A stretch of 64,000 bases of DNA, from positions 14,992-78,991 of the forward strand of contig CAAGBC010000049.1 in NCBI GenBank assembly GCA_900767955.1, given 5' to 3'. The position numbers and the translations under genes were made by a program. Positions within the stretch are counted from its first letter, which is position 1. Every line of letters starts with the position of its first letter. Shown here in pieces: positions 21,224-30,631 of this stretch. This DNA is from Spirochaetia bacterium. GTDB taxonomy: Bacteria > Spirochaetota > Spirochaetia > Treponematales > Treponemataceae. The notes below the pieces were generated by a model, which was not told the origin of the DNA, did not search any database, and was given only the letters and a program-made list of their open reading frames with translations.

Positions 21224-21400
21224 TTAATTTTTTTTAATTAATAATGAGGCTTTCCAAAAAGTGATGTCATAAATATTATGATTTGTGCTTATTGGATAGC
21301 CTCTTTTTTTTATAAATGTTTGATATATGTAATGATATTATAGATTTTTTCTGTTATTATAATCTGAATAATTTATTATTAAAAGTTGGGATTTGACATT

Positions 21401-22108
21401 ATGAAAAAAGTCTTTATCAGTTTAATAGTTTTTGCATTTACAACAAATATTTTTGCAATAGATTTTTCTATTGGTTTAAAAGGTAACATTGGAATTGCTA
21501 ATACTTTTATGGAAGTAGTAGGCGAAAAAGAAGAAACAGAACCTTTGCTTTCTGGTGGTGTAGGTGCTGTTTTGGGTGTTCAGATTTGCGATTGGTTTTC
21601 TGTGGAACCAGAATTTATGATTCATATAGGAAATGGATTTTCTCATGCACAAGTAAATAAAACTACTGGTTACGGAGAACTTTACACAGTAAATTGGACG
21701 ACATTTGAAATTCCTTTGATGGCAAAATTTAAACTTTCAGTTGGAAAAAATAAATTAGTTTTTGCTATAGGTCCTCAGTTCAATTTGTTGTTAGGTGATA
21801 TTAATAGAAGTGTGGAATCAAAAGGTTTTACAGAAGATTATGTATATACCACTGATGATTTAGACATTTATCCATATAGTTTGGGTGCTGCAGCAGGAAT
21901 TGAATATGATATTCCTGTTGGGCCTGGAACTTTTGTTTTGGGTATGAGATATCAAATGGATATTACAAATCTTTGTAAAAATACTAAAGTTTCATCTAAA
22001 GTTGAAAATTCACAATGGCGTAATATGGCGATTTTTCCGTCTATAGCTTATACATTTAGAATTAAATCAAATTCTAATGGAATTGTTAGTGGTTCTATTT
22101 TGCGATAA
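21401..22108 (+). CDS. Outer-membrane beta-barrel protein (paralog 2, tandem duplicate)
   Basis: Clear similarity to 20582-21223 (FSVGAKGNIGIA vs FSIGLKGNIGIA; GPQFNFLLGDIN vs GPQFNLLLGDIN). ATG at 21401 is preferred over the track's TTG at 21386. Confidence 0.55.
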   Translation: MKKVFISLIVFAFTTNIFAIDFSIGLKGNIGIANTFMEVVGEKEETEPLLSGGVGAVLGVQICDWFSVEPEFMIHIGNGFSHAQVNKTTGYGELYTVNWTTFEIPLMAKFKLSVGKNKLVFAIGPQFNLLLGDINRSVESKGFTEDYVYTTDDLDIYPYSLGAAAGIEYDIPVGPGTFVLGMRYQMDITNLCKNTKVSSKVENSQWRNMAIFPSIAYTFRIKSNSNGIVSGSILR

Positions 22109-22217
22109 TATTCATAATGAATGAGTTGTTGTAATAATGACTCATTTTTTTTTGCTTGTAAAATAATTTAATACAAAATAAAACTCCGTTGTTTTTATTG
22201 CGAATATAATATATATT

Positions 22218-23804
22218 TTGTATATGAAATCAAAAAAATCTGTGATTGTTTTTTCTTGCATTGCGGGAATTCTTTTTATATTTATTTTAGTTAATTTTAT
22301 TTTTTTTAGAAATCGTTCTAATTCTGTTCGTCCAAAAGTTATTACTCCAATTTCTGCAGATTCACAAAATAATAAATTGTCAGAAAATGATGTAGTTTCA
22401 GAAGAAGCTTCTATCACAACTTTTGTTCCTTTGCATTCAACAGAAACATTGATTAACACATTAAATGTTGATTTTGATGGCGATTCTCTTGATGATCAGA
22501 TTGTTGCAGTTCATAAAGCTGATTCTCCTTTTATTTTTTTGATTGTGGGATTATATAATTCCGAATCAAATTCTTATGATAGATTTGCAGAAATTTCTAC
22601 TGAAATTGCAAAAATCAGGACATTTTCATACAGCGCAATTGATATGACTGGAACTCACAAAACAGCTCTAGTTTATCAAGGTGTAAAATCAAATAGTGAT
22701 TCTGTTATGAAAATATATCAATATGAAAAAAAAGGTAAGCGTGGGGAATTAATTCTAATTGGTGATTTTTCATCTGACGGAACAATTTTTATTCAGCAAA
22801 CAGAGCGTTCCGAAGCTTATGAATTATCACAAGCAAAAGGTGCAAGTTACAAAGTTTGGGTTTATTCATCAGATAAAACAGAAGAAAATGTTGATTCAAC
22901 TTCTGGTGTAAGTCAAATTCAAACTGAATACAGCTGGAATGAAGAAGAACAAAAATATACTCAATCAAAACAATTTCGTATTACAGGAAGTAGACTTGCT
23001 GCAAAAGAATTAGCAAGAATTCAAAATGGAAATGTAGATACTTTTGCAGAATATTTAAATGGACTGTGGTATAAAACGGCAAATGCAGGTTCAGAACCAA
23101 GATATATTTATTTTAATTATGCAACAAAAGAAGTTATTTTCCTTTCAGACGGAGCAGAAGGTGTTTATTCTTGGGAAGAAAGTAACTTAAGAAGAAGCGG
23201 AATTTACTTAACAGTTGTTAATTCTATTATTTCAAGTATGAAGCGCCGTTTTGACATTATGCTTACTGGAGTAAATGAAGTATATGTTCATGTTCGCGAT
23301 AACATTGGTATGGTTATTAAAGAAACAAACCAATGGGACGGAACATACAAAAAAATGTCTTTTCAGACAACTTTTATAGATGAAAAGAAAGCTTCTAGAG
23401 ATGAAGAATTCTTAAAAGAATTAACTTCTGGTGAACCTTGGGTTGATAGTGAAGGAAATAAAATTTCCTTTAACAAAAATGAATATATATATGAATATTC
23501 TGATAAAAAAGATGTAGGAATGTATATTTCACAGCAAGTAGGAAGTTATGCAGTAATGCAATTCCGCTCTGATGAAAATAGTGGTTTGTTAAATGATGCT
23601 TATTCTATGAAGTTTGAAACAACAGAAGTTCCTGTGAAGCAAACTCGTAAAAATGCAAAACCAAAAACAAAAACTGTTGTGAATAAAAATATTATTCATT
23701 TTACACCAGTAAATCTTTCTCCTGATACATGTTATGTAACAGAAGGAAGAATCTTAACATTACAAAGAGAATCATCTCTTGACACAAAATCAAAGGCTCA
23801 ATAG
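22218..23804 (+). CDS. Hypothetical membrane-anchored protein (528 aa)
   Basis: N-terminal TM helix. No recognised motif. Confidence 0.45.
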   Translation: MYMKSKKSVIVFSCIAGILFIFILVNFIFFRNRSNSVRPKVITPISADSQNNKLSENDVVSEEASITTFVPLHSTETLINTLNVDFDGDSLDDQIVAVHKADSPFIFLIVGLYNSESNSYDRFAEISTEIAKIRTFSYSAIDMTGTHKTALVYQGVKSNSDSVMKIYQYEKKGKRGELILIGDFSSDGTIFIQQTERSEAYELSQAKGASYKVWVYSSDKTEENVDSTSGVSQIQTEYSWNEEEQKYTQSKQFRITGSRLAAKELARIQNGNVDTFAEYLNGLWYKTANAGSEPRYIYFNYATKEVIFLSDGAEGVYSWEESNLRRSGIYLTVVNSIISSMKRRFDIMLTGVNEVYVHVRDNIGMVIKETNQWDGTYKKMSFQTTFIDEKKASRDEEFLKELTSGEPWVDSEGNKISFNKNEYIYEYSDKKDVGMYISQQVGSYAVMQFRSDENSGLLNDAYSMKFETTEVPVKQTRKNAKPKTKTVVNKNIIHFTPVNLSPDTCYVTEGRILTLQRESSLDTKSKAQ

Positions 23805-23815
23805 GATTAACTATT

Positions 23816-25630
23816 ATGACAGCTAATGAACTTAGATCTAAATACATTGAATTTTTTAAGAGTAAAAATCATGTTGAAATTTCTGGACAATCATTAATTC
23901 CAGAAAATGATCCTTCTGTTTTATTTACAACAGCAGGAATGCATCCCCTTGTTCCTTATCTTTTAGGGGAACCACATCCAGCAGGAACACGACTTACAGA
24001 TTATCAGAAATGTGTTCGTACTGGTGATATTGATGAAGTAGGTGATCCAAGTCATCTTACTTGTTTTGAAATGTTAGGTAACTGGTCTTTAGGTGATTAT
24101 TTCAAAAAAGAATCTATCGCATATAGTTATGAATTCCTTACAAGTCCACAGTGGTTGGGCTTAGATCCTCGTCTTATATCTGTTACAGTTTTTGCAGGAG
24201 ATGAAAATGCTCCTCGTGATGAAGAAGCTGCACAATATTGGAAAGATGTAGGAATGAAAGAAGATAAAATTGCATATCTTCCTGCAAGTGATAACTGGTG
24301 GGCTGCTGGTCCTACAGGTCCTTGTGGTCCTGATACAGAAATTTTCTATTGGGTTGGGGAAGGACTTCCACCTGAAGGTTCAAACAAAGGAACTGATAGC
24401 GCAAATTGGCTTGAAATTTGGAACAATGTATTTATGCAATTTAACCGCATAGATGAAAAAACTCTTGTAAAACTTGATAAACAAAATGTTGATACAGGAA
24501 TGGGACTTGAAAGAACAAACTGTATTCTTCAAGGAAAAACAAGCGTTTATTTGACAGAAGTTTTCCAACCAATCATTAATACAATAGAAGAACTTGCTAA
24601 TTATAAATATGGTGATGATGCAGAAAAAGATAAAAGTGTTCGCATTATAGCAGACCACTCACGCGCAGCTGTATTTATTTTAGGTGACCAAAAAGGTGTT
24701 ACACCTTCTAATGTAGGTGCAGGTTATGTTTTGCGTCGTTTAATTCGTCGTGCTGTTCGTCACGGTCGCAAGTTAGGAATTGAAAATGCATTCCTCGCAA
24801 AAATTGCTGAAACTGTTGTTGCAAACTTCAAGAATGCTTATGTTGAATTAGAACAAAATCAGACTAAAGTTTATACTGAACTTACTGCAGAAGAAAATAA
24901 ATTCCGTGAAACTTTGCGTAAAGGTGAAGCAGAATTCCAGAAACTTCTTCCAAATTTAATGAAAAATCCACAGAAAGTAATTCCTGGTCGTGTAGCATTC
25001 CGTCTTTATGATACTTTTGGATTCCCAATTGAATTAACAGAAGAACTTGCTGCAGAAAGTGGATTCAAAGTTGATATTGAAGGGTTTAAGGAAGCAGAAA
25101 AGAAACATCAGGAAGCTTCTAAAACTCTTGATGCAGGTGCTGCAAAAGGTGGTTTAGCAGAACATTCTGATACAACTACAAAATATCATACTGCAACACA
25201 TATCTTACAACAGGCACTTGTTAATGTTCTTGGTGAACATGTTGCTCAGAAAGGTTCAAATATTAACGAAGACCGTATGAGATTTGACTTTACACACCCT
25301 GAACCAATGACAAAGGAACAGATTCAGCAAGTTGAAGATATTGTTAATGAACAAATTCAAAAAGATTTGCCAGTTACTATGGATGTAATGACTTTAGATG
25401 AAGCAAAAGCTTGCGGGGCTAGAGCATTATTTGCAAGTAAATATGGTGAAAAAGTAAAAGTATATTCAATTGGAGATTTTTCTAAAGAAGTTTGTGGTGG
25501 ACCTCATGTTCAGCATACTGCACAAATTGGAACATTTAAAATCCAAAAAGAACAATCTTCTTCCGCTGGTGTACGCCGTATTCGCGCAGTAATTTCTGGT
25601 GGTTTACCTTTGGAACATACTGAAGAATAA
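23816..25630 (+). CDS. alaS: Alanine--tRNA ligase, short form lacking the C-terminal C-Ala domain
   Basis: N-terminal catalytic-core sequence conserved across AlaRS (SLIPENDPSVLFTTAGMHP...). The editing-domain motifs HTATHIL and CGGPHV are present. 604 aa, as in spirochete AlaRS. Confidence 0.85.
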   Translation: MTANELRSKYIEFFKSKNHVEISGQSLIPENDPSVLFTTAGMHPLVPYLLGEPHPAGTRLTDYQKCVRTGDIDEVGDPSHLTCFEMLGNWSLGDYFKKESIAYSYEFLTSPQWLGLDPRLISVTVFAGDENAPRDEEAAQYWKDVGMKEDKIAYLPASDNWWAAGPTGPCGPDTEIFYWVGEGLPPEGSNKGTDSANWLEIWNNVFMQFNRIDEKTLVKLDKQNVDTGMGLERTNCILQGKTSVYLTEVFQPIINTIEELANYKYGDDAEKDKSVRIIADHSRAAVFILGDQKGVTPSNVGAGYVLRRLIRRAVRHGRKLGIENAFLAKIAETVVANFKNAYVELEQNQTKVYTELTAEENKFRETLRKGEAEFQKLLPNLMKNPQKVIPGRVAFRLYDTFGFPIELTEELAAESGFKVDIEGFKEAEKKHQEASKTLDAGAAKGGLAEHSDTTTKYHTATHILQQALVNVLGEHVAQKGSNINEDRMRFDFTHPEPMTKEQIQQVEDIVNEQIQKDLPVTMDVMTLDEAKACGARALFASKYGEKVKVYSIGDFSKEVCGGPHVQHTAQIGTFKIQKEQSSSAGVRRIRAVISGGLPLEHTEE

Positions 25631-25719
25631 ATTATAAAATATAACTATTTGTTGTAACTTTTCAGATTTGTTATGTTTTAGAAATATATAAGATTTTAAA
25701 ATAAGGAAAAGGATAAAAT

Positions 25720-26796
25720 ATGAAACGTTTTGCGATTGCATTTTTAGCATTATTTGCTGCTACAGCACTTTTTGCACAATCAGATTTACAGGTTCTTGCT
25801 GTTGTTAAACTTAATAAGAATGAATCTATTACAGTTAAACAGTTAAAAACAAGAGTTGATTCTTATGAAAAACAAAGAGGAACAGCACTTTCTACAGATG
25901 ATAGAAAAAAAGTTCTTGATGCAATGATTCAAGAAAAATTAGTTCTTCAGGCAGCACAGAAATCTGGTTTATCAATTCCAGATAGCACTGTAGAACAGTA
26001 TTTCTTACAGTCTGTATCACAGCAGCTTGGTAAAAATGTTACTGAACAGGAATTTGAACAGTTAATTAAAGCTCAGACAAATATGTCTCTTGATGAATAT
26101 ATGAAAAAGCAAGCAGGAATGTCTGTTGCAGAATACAAAACATATTTGAAAAATCAGCTTATTGTTCAGCAGTATATTATTACACAGCGCCAGAATGAAT
26201 TAAATTCTGTTGCTCCTTCTGATGAAGAAATTAGAGCATTTTATGAATTAAACAAAACTTCTTTTGTTTGGTCAGATATGTTCAAAATGTTCCTTGTTAT
26301 GGTTCCAAAAGGAAAAGACGGGGAAGCTGCTCGTGTAAAAGCAAATGATTTATACAATAAATTAAAAGAAAAGAAATTGTCAGTAAGCCAAATTACTGTT
26401 GAATCAAAAAAAGCTAATTCTGGTTTCCAAGCTGGTGAAGTTCTTGTTAATAAAAATCAGTTAAGTGCTCAGCAATTAGGTATTTCTTATAATGATTTAT
26501 TATCATTGTTCCAGAATGACAAAGGTTTTGTTTCTCCATTAACAGAAAGAGATGACCTTTTCCAATTCTATACAATCATTAAAAAATATGATGCAAAAAT
26601 GCTTTCTTTAAGTGATGTTGTTCAGCCAGAAACTACAATTACTGTTTATGATTATATTAAACAGACTTTGGGACAGCAAAAACAGATGGAATATTTGACA
26701 GCTGCAGCACAAGAAGTTGCTAATGAACTTGATGTAGAATCAAATGTTGAACGCAAAAAACAAGGTGAAGCTCTTACAAAACTTCTTAATTGGTAA
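25720..26796 (+). CDS. SurA N-terminal-domain-like periplasmic chaperone
   Basis: Signal peptide followed by a helical chaperone-like region. No parvulin motif seen. Confidence 0.4.
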   Translation: MKRFAIAFLALFAATALFAQSDLQVLAVVKLNKNESITVKQLKTRVDSYEKQRGTALSTDDRKKVLDAMIQEKLVLQAAQKSGLSIPDSTVEQYFLQSVSQQLGKNVTEQEFEQLIKAQTNMSLDEYMKKQAGMSVAEYKTYLKNQLIVQQYIITQRQNELNSVAPSDEEIRAFYELNKTSFVWSDMFKMFLVMVPKGKDGEAARVKANDLYNKLKEKKLSVSQITVESKKANSGFQAGEVLVNKNQLSAQQLGISYNDLLSLFQNDKGFVSPLTERDDLFQFYTIIKKYDAKMLSLSDVVQPETTITVYDYIKQTLGQQKQMEYLTAAAQEVANELDVESNVERKKQGEALTKLLNW

Positions 26797-26809
26797 TTAG
26801 GGTACTGTT

Positions 26810-27232
26810 GTGTCACGACGAAAAGGTAGAATTCTTGCATTTCAAACTCTTTATTCATGGGAAGTAGCAAGTGTTCCTATTGATGATTTACTTACTTTTT
26901 CATGGATTGAAAGTGATGATCCAGCAAAAGAGTCTGTAAAAGATGAAGAAATTTGTTCTTTTGCTCGTCTTTTAGTAAAAGGAACAGTTGAAAATATTGA
27001 AGAAATTGATGGATTAATCAAATCTCATCTTGCTTCTAATTGGAGTATGGATAGAATAAATAAAGTTGCTCTTTCTGTTATGAGAATGAGCGTTTATTCT
27101 TTGCTATATCAAAAAGATACTCATGCTTCAATTGTTATTGATGAAGCTGTTGGCATTGCAAAAGAATATGGTGCTGAAGATTCATTTAAATTTATTAATG
27201 CTGTATTAGATAAAATTAATAAAGGTTTATAA
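26810..27232 (+). CDS. nusB: Transcription antitermination factor NusB
   Basis: 140 aa starting RRKGRILAFQTLYSWE with a typical NusB helical core. GTG start. Confidence 0.8.
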   Translation: MSRRKGRILAFQTLYSWEVASVPIDDLLTFSWIESDDPAKESVKDEEICSFARLLVKGTVENIEEIDGLIKSHLASNWSMDRINKVALSVMRMSVYSLLYQKDTHASIVIDEAVGIAKEYGAEDSFKFINAVLDKINKGL

Positions 27233-27264
27233 AAACTAAGTACTTAGTTTAAGGATTATTTAAT

Positions 27265-29115
27265 ATGAAAAGGTCGTACGGAAGATTTATAATAATATTT
27301 ATTTTCTTTCTTGCGACCTTTTTTTCTTGCTCATTAGAAGTTGAACGAAAATCTTTTACATCAAATTTAGATTATATTGATGCACTAATTTCCCAAGGTT
27401 TATATAAAGATGCTTGTGCTGAATTAAAAAAAGTTGAAAAAAAGGCATATAGTTCTTGGGCGGAATTAGGAATTTTCAGAAGATATATTCAAATATCGGA
27501 AGAACAAAATGCAGAAAAATTATTATTAAAATCCCTAAAGAAAAATCCTGAAAATTTAGAATTGTCAGCTGTTTATGCTGATTTCTTAAATAAGCAAAAT
27601 CGTATTCAAGATGCTTTGCAAGTTGGAAAAAAATTAGAAGGCACAAAATACGGTTCAATTTATTCTGAATCGGTTTTAAAAGATACAATAAGTAAATATC
27701 AAAAGGACGAATTTTCAACTGTATTTTTAAAACCTGAATATTATTCTGTATATTATGATGCCTATGTTGGTTCAAAAAAAGATGAATGGCTTAGAAATTG
27801 CGCTGTAATAAATCTTTTATATGGGAATTATTCTAAAGCTGCAGAAATTCAACCAGAACAATCTTATGATGTTTCTGATGCATATTTTTGGTCTTTAGTT
27901 CTGTATGATGCAGGAAATTTTGGAAATGCAATTTATTTTTCTGATTCTGCACTTCGTTTATATGAATTAGCATCAAAGCGAGTTAAAAATAAAATTTCCA
28001 TTGCAGATATTATTAGTATAAAAGCAGATGCTTATGCTGCATTGTTAGATTCTGATAGAGCGGAAGAAACACGAAGAAATTTTATTGAAGCATTGTCAAA
28101 GAATAAGCACGGAGAATTTGTTCTATCTGAAAAAGATAAAAATTCTTCAGTTGTTCCTGTTTTGTTTGCAAATAGTGCAAGTTGGGCAATTGATAATAAT
28201 GATAATCATCGTGCAGCCAATTTGTTGTCTTTTACAGTAAATACTTGGCCAGATTTTGTTCCAGGGCTGGCTTTGTATGCAGATTTTGCATATCAGAGTA
28301 ATTTGCAACGGGAAGAAGATTTTACAGAACTTTCTTTGCGTGATTCAGGATTAGCAACCTTGGAAATGGAACAATATGACAATCGTGCAAAAGTTCCTAT
28401 GAGTGATGCAGTATACAGAGTTTCTGAAAGTTTGAAGCGTACAAAAAATCCATTGTTGTATTTGTTGCAGCTAGATTTAAATTATAAAGTTTCTTCAAAT
28501 TTGTCAGAAAAAGAAAAACAAGCAGATTTGTGGAAAGTTCTTGAAAGAAATATAATCTCTCCTGGAATTTATCCTGAAATTTTAGTCAATTATGCTGTTC
28601 ATTTTTTCTGTTTGCAAAATGAATTTAATCAAAGTAAAACTTTGTTTAAAAAGTATTTATCAAATAAATATTCCATAGCAGTTGATGATTTATTTTGGGA
28701 AAATGTAATTAATGTTATTAATTTGTTAAATGAATGGGAAATTGAATATTGTGCATATTTTTCTACTTTTGATAAGAAAACCGATGAAATTATTCGTTTG
28801 TATGAATACGCTGTTTATGAAGATAGCGATTTAAAAAATATTACACCTTATGTTTCTGATTCAACATGTATAAATTTGGCAATGATTTATAATGCCCTAG
28901 GAAATACATCCAAGGCGCTTGATTTATATAGCAAAATTATGGGGCGTGTTTCTAGTACAAAATTAAAATCTCTTATTATGTATAGAATTGCGTTGATTTA
29001 TAACGATAAAAACGATAAAAAGAATGCATTACATTCCGCTGAATATGCTGTATCTCTTAATGAAAAAAACTTTCAGGCAAAACTTTTAATTTCCAAGATT
29101 AATGCAACAAAATAA
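27265..29115 (+). CDS. TPR-repeat lipoprotein
   Basis: Signal peptide with FSC lipobox. Multiple TPR-like helical repeats. Confidence 0.5.
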   Translation: MKRSYGRFIIIFIFFLATFFSCSLEVERKSFTSNLDYIDALISQGLYKDACAELKKVEKKAYSSWAELGIFRRYIQISEEQNAEKLLLKSLKKNPENLELSAVYADFLNKQNRIQDALQVGKKLEGTKYGSIYSESVLKDTISKYQKDEFSTVFLKPEYYSVYYDAYVGSKKDEWLRNCAVINLLYGNYSKAAEIQPEQSYDVSDAYFWSLVLYDAGNFGNAIYFSDSALRLYELASKRVKNKISIADIISIKADAYAALLDSDRAEETRRNFIEALSKNKHGEFVLSEKDKNSSVVPVLFANSASWAIDNNDNHRAANLLSFTVNTWPDFVPGLALYADFAYQSNLQREEDFTELSLRDSGLATLEMEQYDNRAKVPMSDAVYRVSESLKRTKNPLLYLLQLDLNYKVSSNLSEKEKQADLWKVLERNIISPGIYPEILVNYAVHFFCLQNEFNQSKTLFKKYLSNKYSIAVDDLFWENVINVINLLNEWEIEYCAYFSTFDKKTDEIIRLYEYAVYEDSDLKNITPYVSDSTCINLAMIYNALGNTSKALDLYSKIMGRVSSTKLKSLIMYRIALIYNDKNDKKNALHSAEYAVSLNEKNFQAKLLISKINATK

Positions 29116-29185
29116 AAAAAAAGTTGCTTAAAATAGCAAAATGTCTACTTCAAGCAACTTTTATACAACTTATATCTAGTTATTA

Positions 29186-29473
29186 TTATTTTTCGATTAT
29201 TGCAATAATATCGCTCATTCTTAAGATAAGATGTTCTTCATCATCAATTTTAATTTCAGTTCCAGCATATTTGTCATACATAATTCTGTCACCGATTTTT
29301 ACAGTTACTTTTTCATCTTCTGTACCAGGACCAACTTCAACAACTGTAGCAGTTTGAGTTTTTTCTTGTCCTGCTTCTGGAATAAAAAGTCCACTTGCTG
29401 TTTTTGTTTCTGCTTTATCATTTTTTACAAGAACTCTGTCTGCTAAAGGTTTAATTTTCATTTTGTTATACAC
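29186..29473 (-). CDS. groS: Co-chaperonin GroES
   Basis: MKIKPLADRVLV ... GTEIKIDDEEHLIL is the canonical Cpn10 sequence. Confidence 0.9.
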   Translation of the reverse strand: MYNKMKIKPLADRVLVKNDKAETKTASGLFIPEAGQEKTQTATVVEVGPGTEDEKVTVKIGDRIMYDKYAGTEIKIDDEEHLILRMSDIIAIIEK

Positions 29474-29732
29474 TCCTAAAATTCAGATATTATATCTTTA
29501 AATATAAGAAATAAATGGGGTAAAAGTCAATAAAAAAAATCTGGATTTCATTTTTTTATGAGTCAAAAATACACATTTATTATGTTGTCTTTTTTTGGTG
29601 TGTCATTTTGAATCAAATATTACTGTTGATATTTAGAAGTGAGACTTGAAGAATAATTTTATAGATTTTCTAATTCTTTGTAGTATAAGAAAATATAAAA
29701 TTTTTATAAAAATCTTTTGTTTTTATTTTAAT

Positions 29733-29748
29733 TGGCACGCAAATTGCA
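29733..29748 (+). promoter_or_regulatory. Sigma-54 (-24/-12) promoter upstream of the sigma-factor gene
   Basis: TGGCACG-caaa-TTGCA exactly matches the consensus TGGCACG-N4-TTGCW. It lies about 45 nt upstream of the start codon. Confidence 0.6.
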
Positions 29749-29791
29749 TTGTATATAATGGATACATTTAAAAAATGTGCTGGAGGAAAAT

Positions 29792-30631
29792 ATGGTAAAT
29801 GAATCAAACGTTTTAGAATTATATCTTAGGGATATTAATAAAGTGCCTTTACTAACAAGGGAAGAAGAAACTTCTCTTGCAATAGAAGCAGCAAAAGGAA
29901 ATAAAGCAGCAAAAAATAAGATTGTTAATGCTAATTTGCGCTTTGTTGTGAATATTGCAAAAAAATATCAAAATCATGGACTTGATTTGACTGATTTAAT
30001 TAGTGAAGGAAATATAGGTCTTTTAGTTGCAATTGATAAATTTGATGTAACAAAAGGTTATCACTTTATTTCTTATGCAGTTTGGTGGATTAGACAATCT
30101 ATATTAAAAGCTATTTGCGAAAAAAGCCGTTCGATTCGTTTACCTTTGAATAGAGCAAATGAACTTGTTCGTATTGAACACGCTAGAAAATCAATTGTTG
30201 GTAATAAAACAATTGAGCAAGAATTAACAGAAGTTGCAGAAATGTTAAATATGGATAAAGATCATGTTAGAGAAATGATTAATATTTCCCGTGAAATGAT
30301 ATCCTTAGATGCTGAATTAAGTACTCCAGAAAATGATAAAACAAGCGTTGGTGATTTTATTGAAGATACTCAAAGTGAAAAGCCAGAAGATAAAGTTGTC
30401 AACGATTCCTTAAAAGAAGAAATTGACAATGTTCTTCATACATTAAAACCTAATGAAGAAAATGTTTTGCGTCTTCGCTTTGGTTTAAACGGTGAAAAAC
30501 CAATGTCATTAAAAGAAGTTGGTGATGTTTGCAATCTTACTAAAGAGCGTATTCGCCAAATTGAAAAACACGCAATTTTAAGAATGCAGCATGTTACAAG
30601 AGCTAGACGCCTTGAATCTTATGTTTCATAA
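29792..30631 (+). CDS. RNA polymerase sigma factor, sigma-70 family (group-2, RpoS-like)
   Basis: Region 1.2 and 2 motifs (LYLRDINKVPLLTREEE, DLISEGNIGLLVAIDKFD, YAVWWIRQSI) and a region 4 HTH. RBS ggagga precedes the ATG at 29792. Confidence 0.8.
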   Translation: MVNESNVLELYLRDINKVPLLTREEETSLAIEAAKGNKAAKNKIVNANLRFVVNIAKKYQNHGLDLTDLISEGNIGLLVAIDKFDVTKGYHFISYAVWWIRQSILKAICEKSRSIRLPLNRANELVRIEHARKSIVGNKTIEQELTEVAEMLNMDKDHVREMINISREMISLDAELSTPENDKTSVGDFIEDTQSEKPEDKVVNDSLKEEIDNVLHTLKPNEENVLRLRFGLNGEKPMSLKEVGDVCNLTKERIRQIEKHAILRMQHVTRARRLESYVS

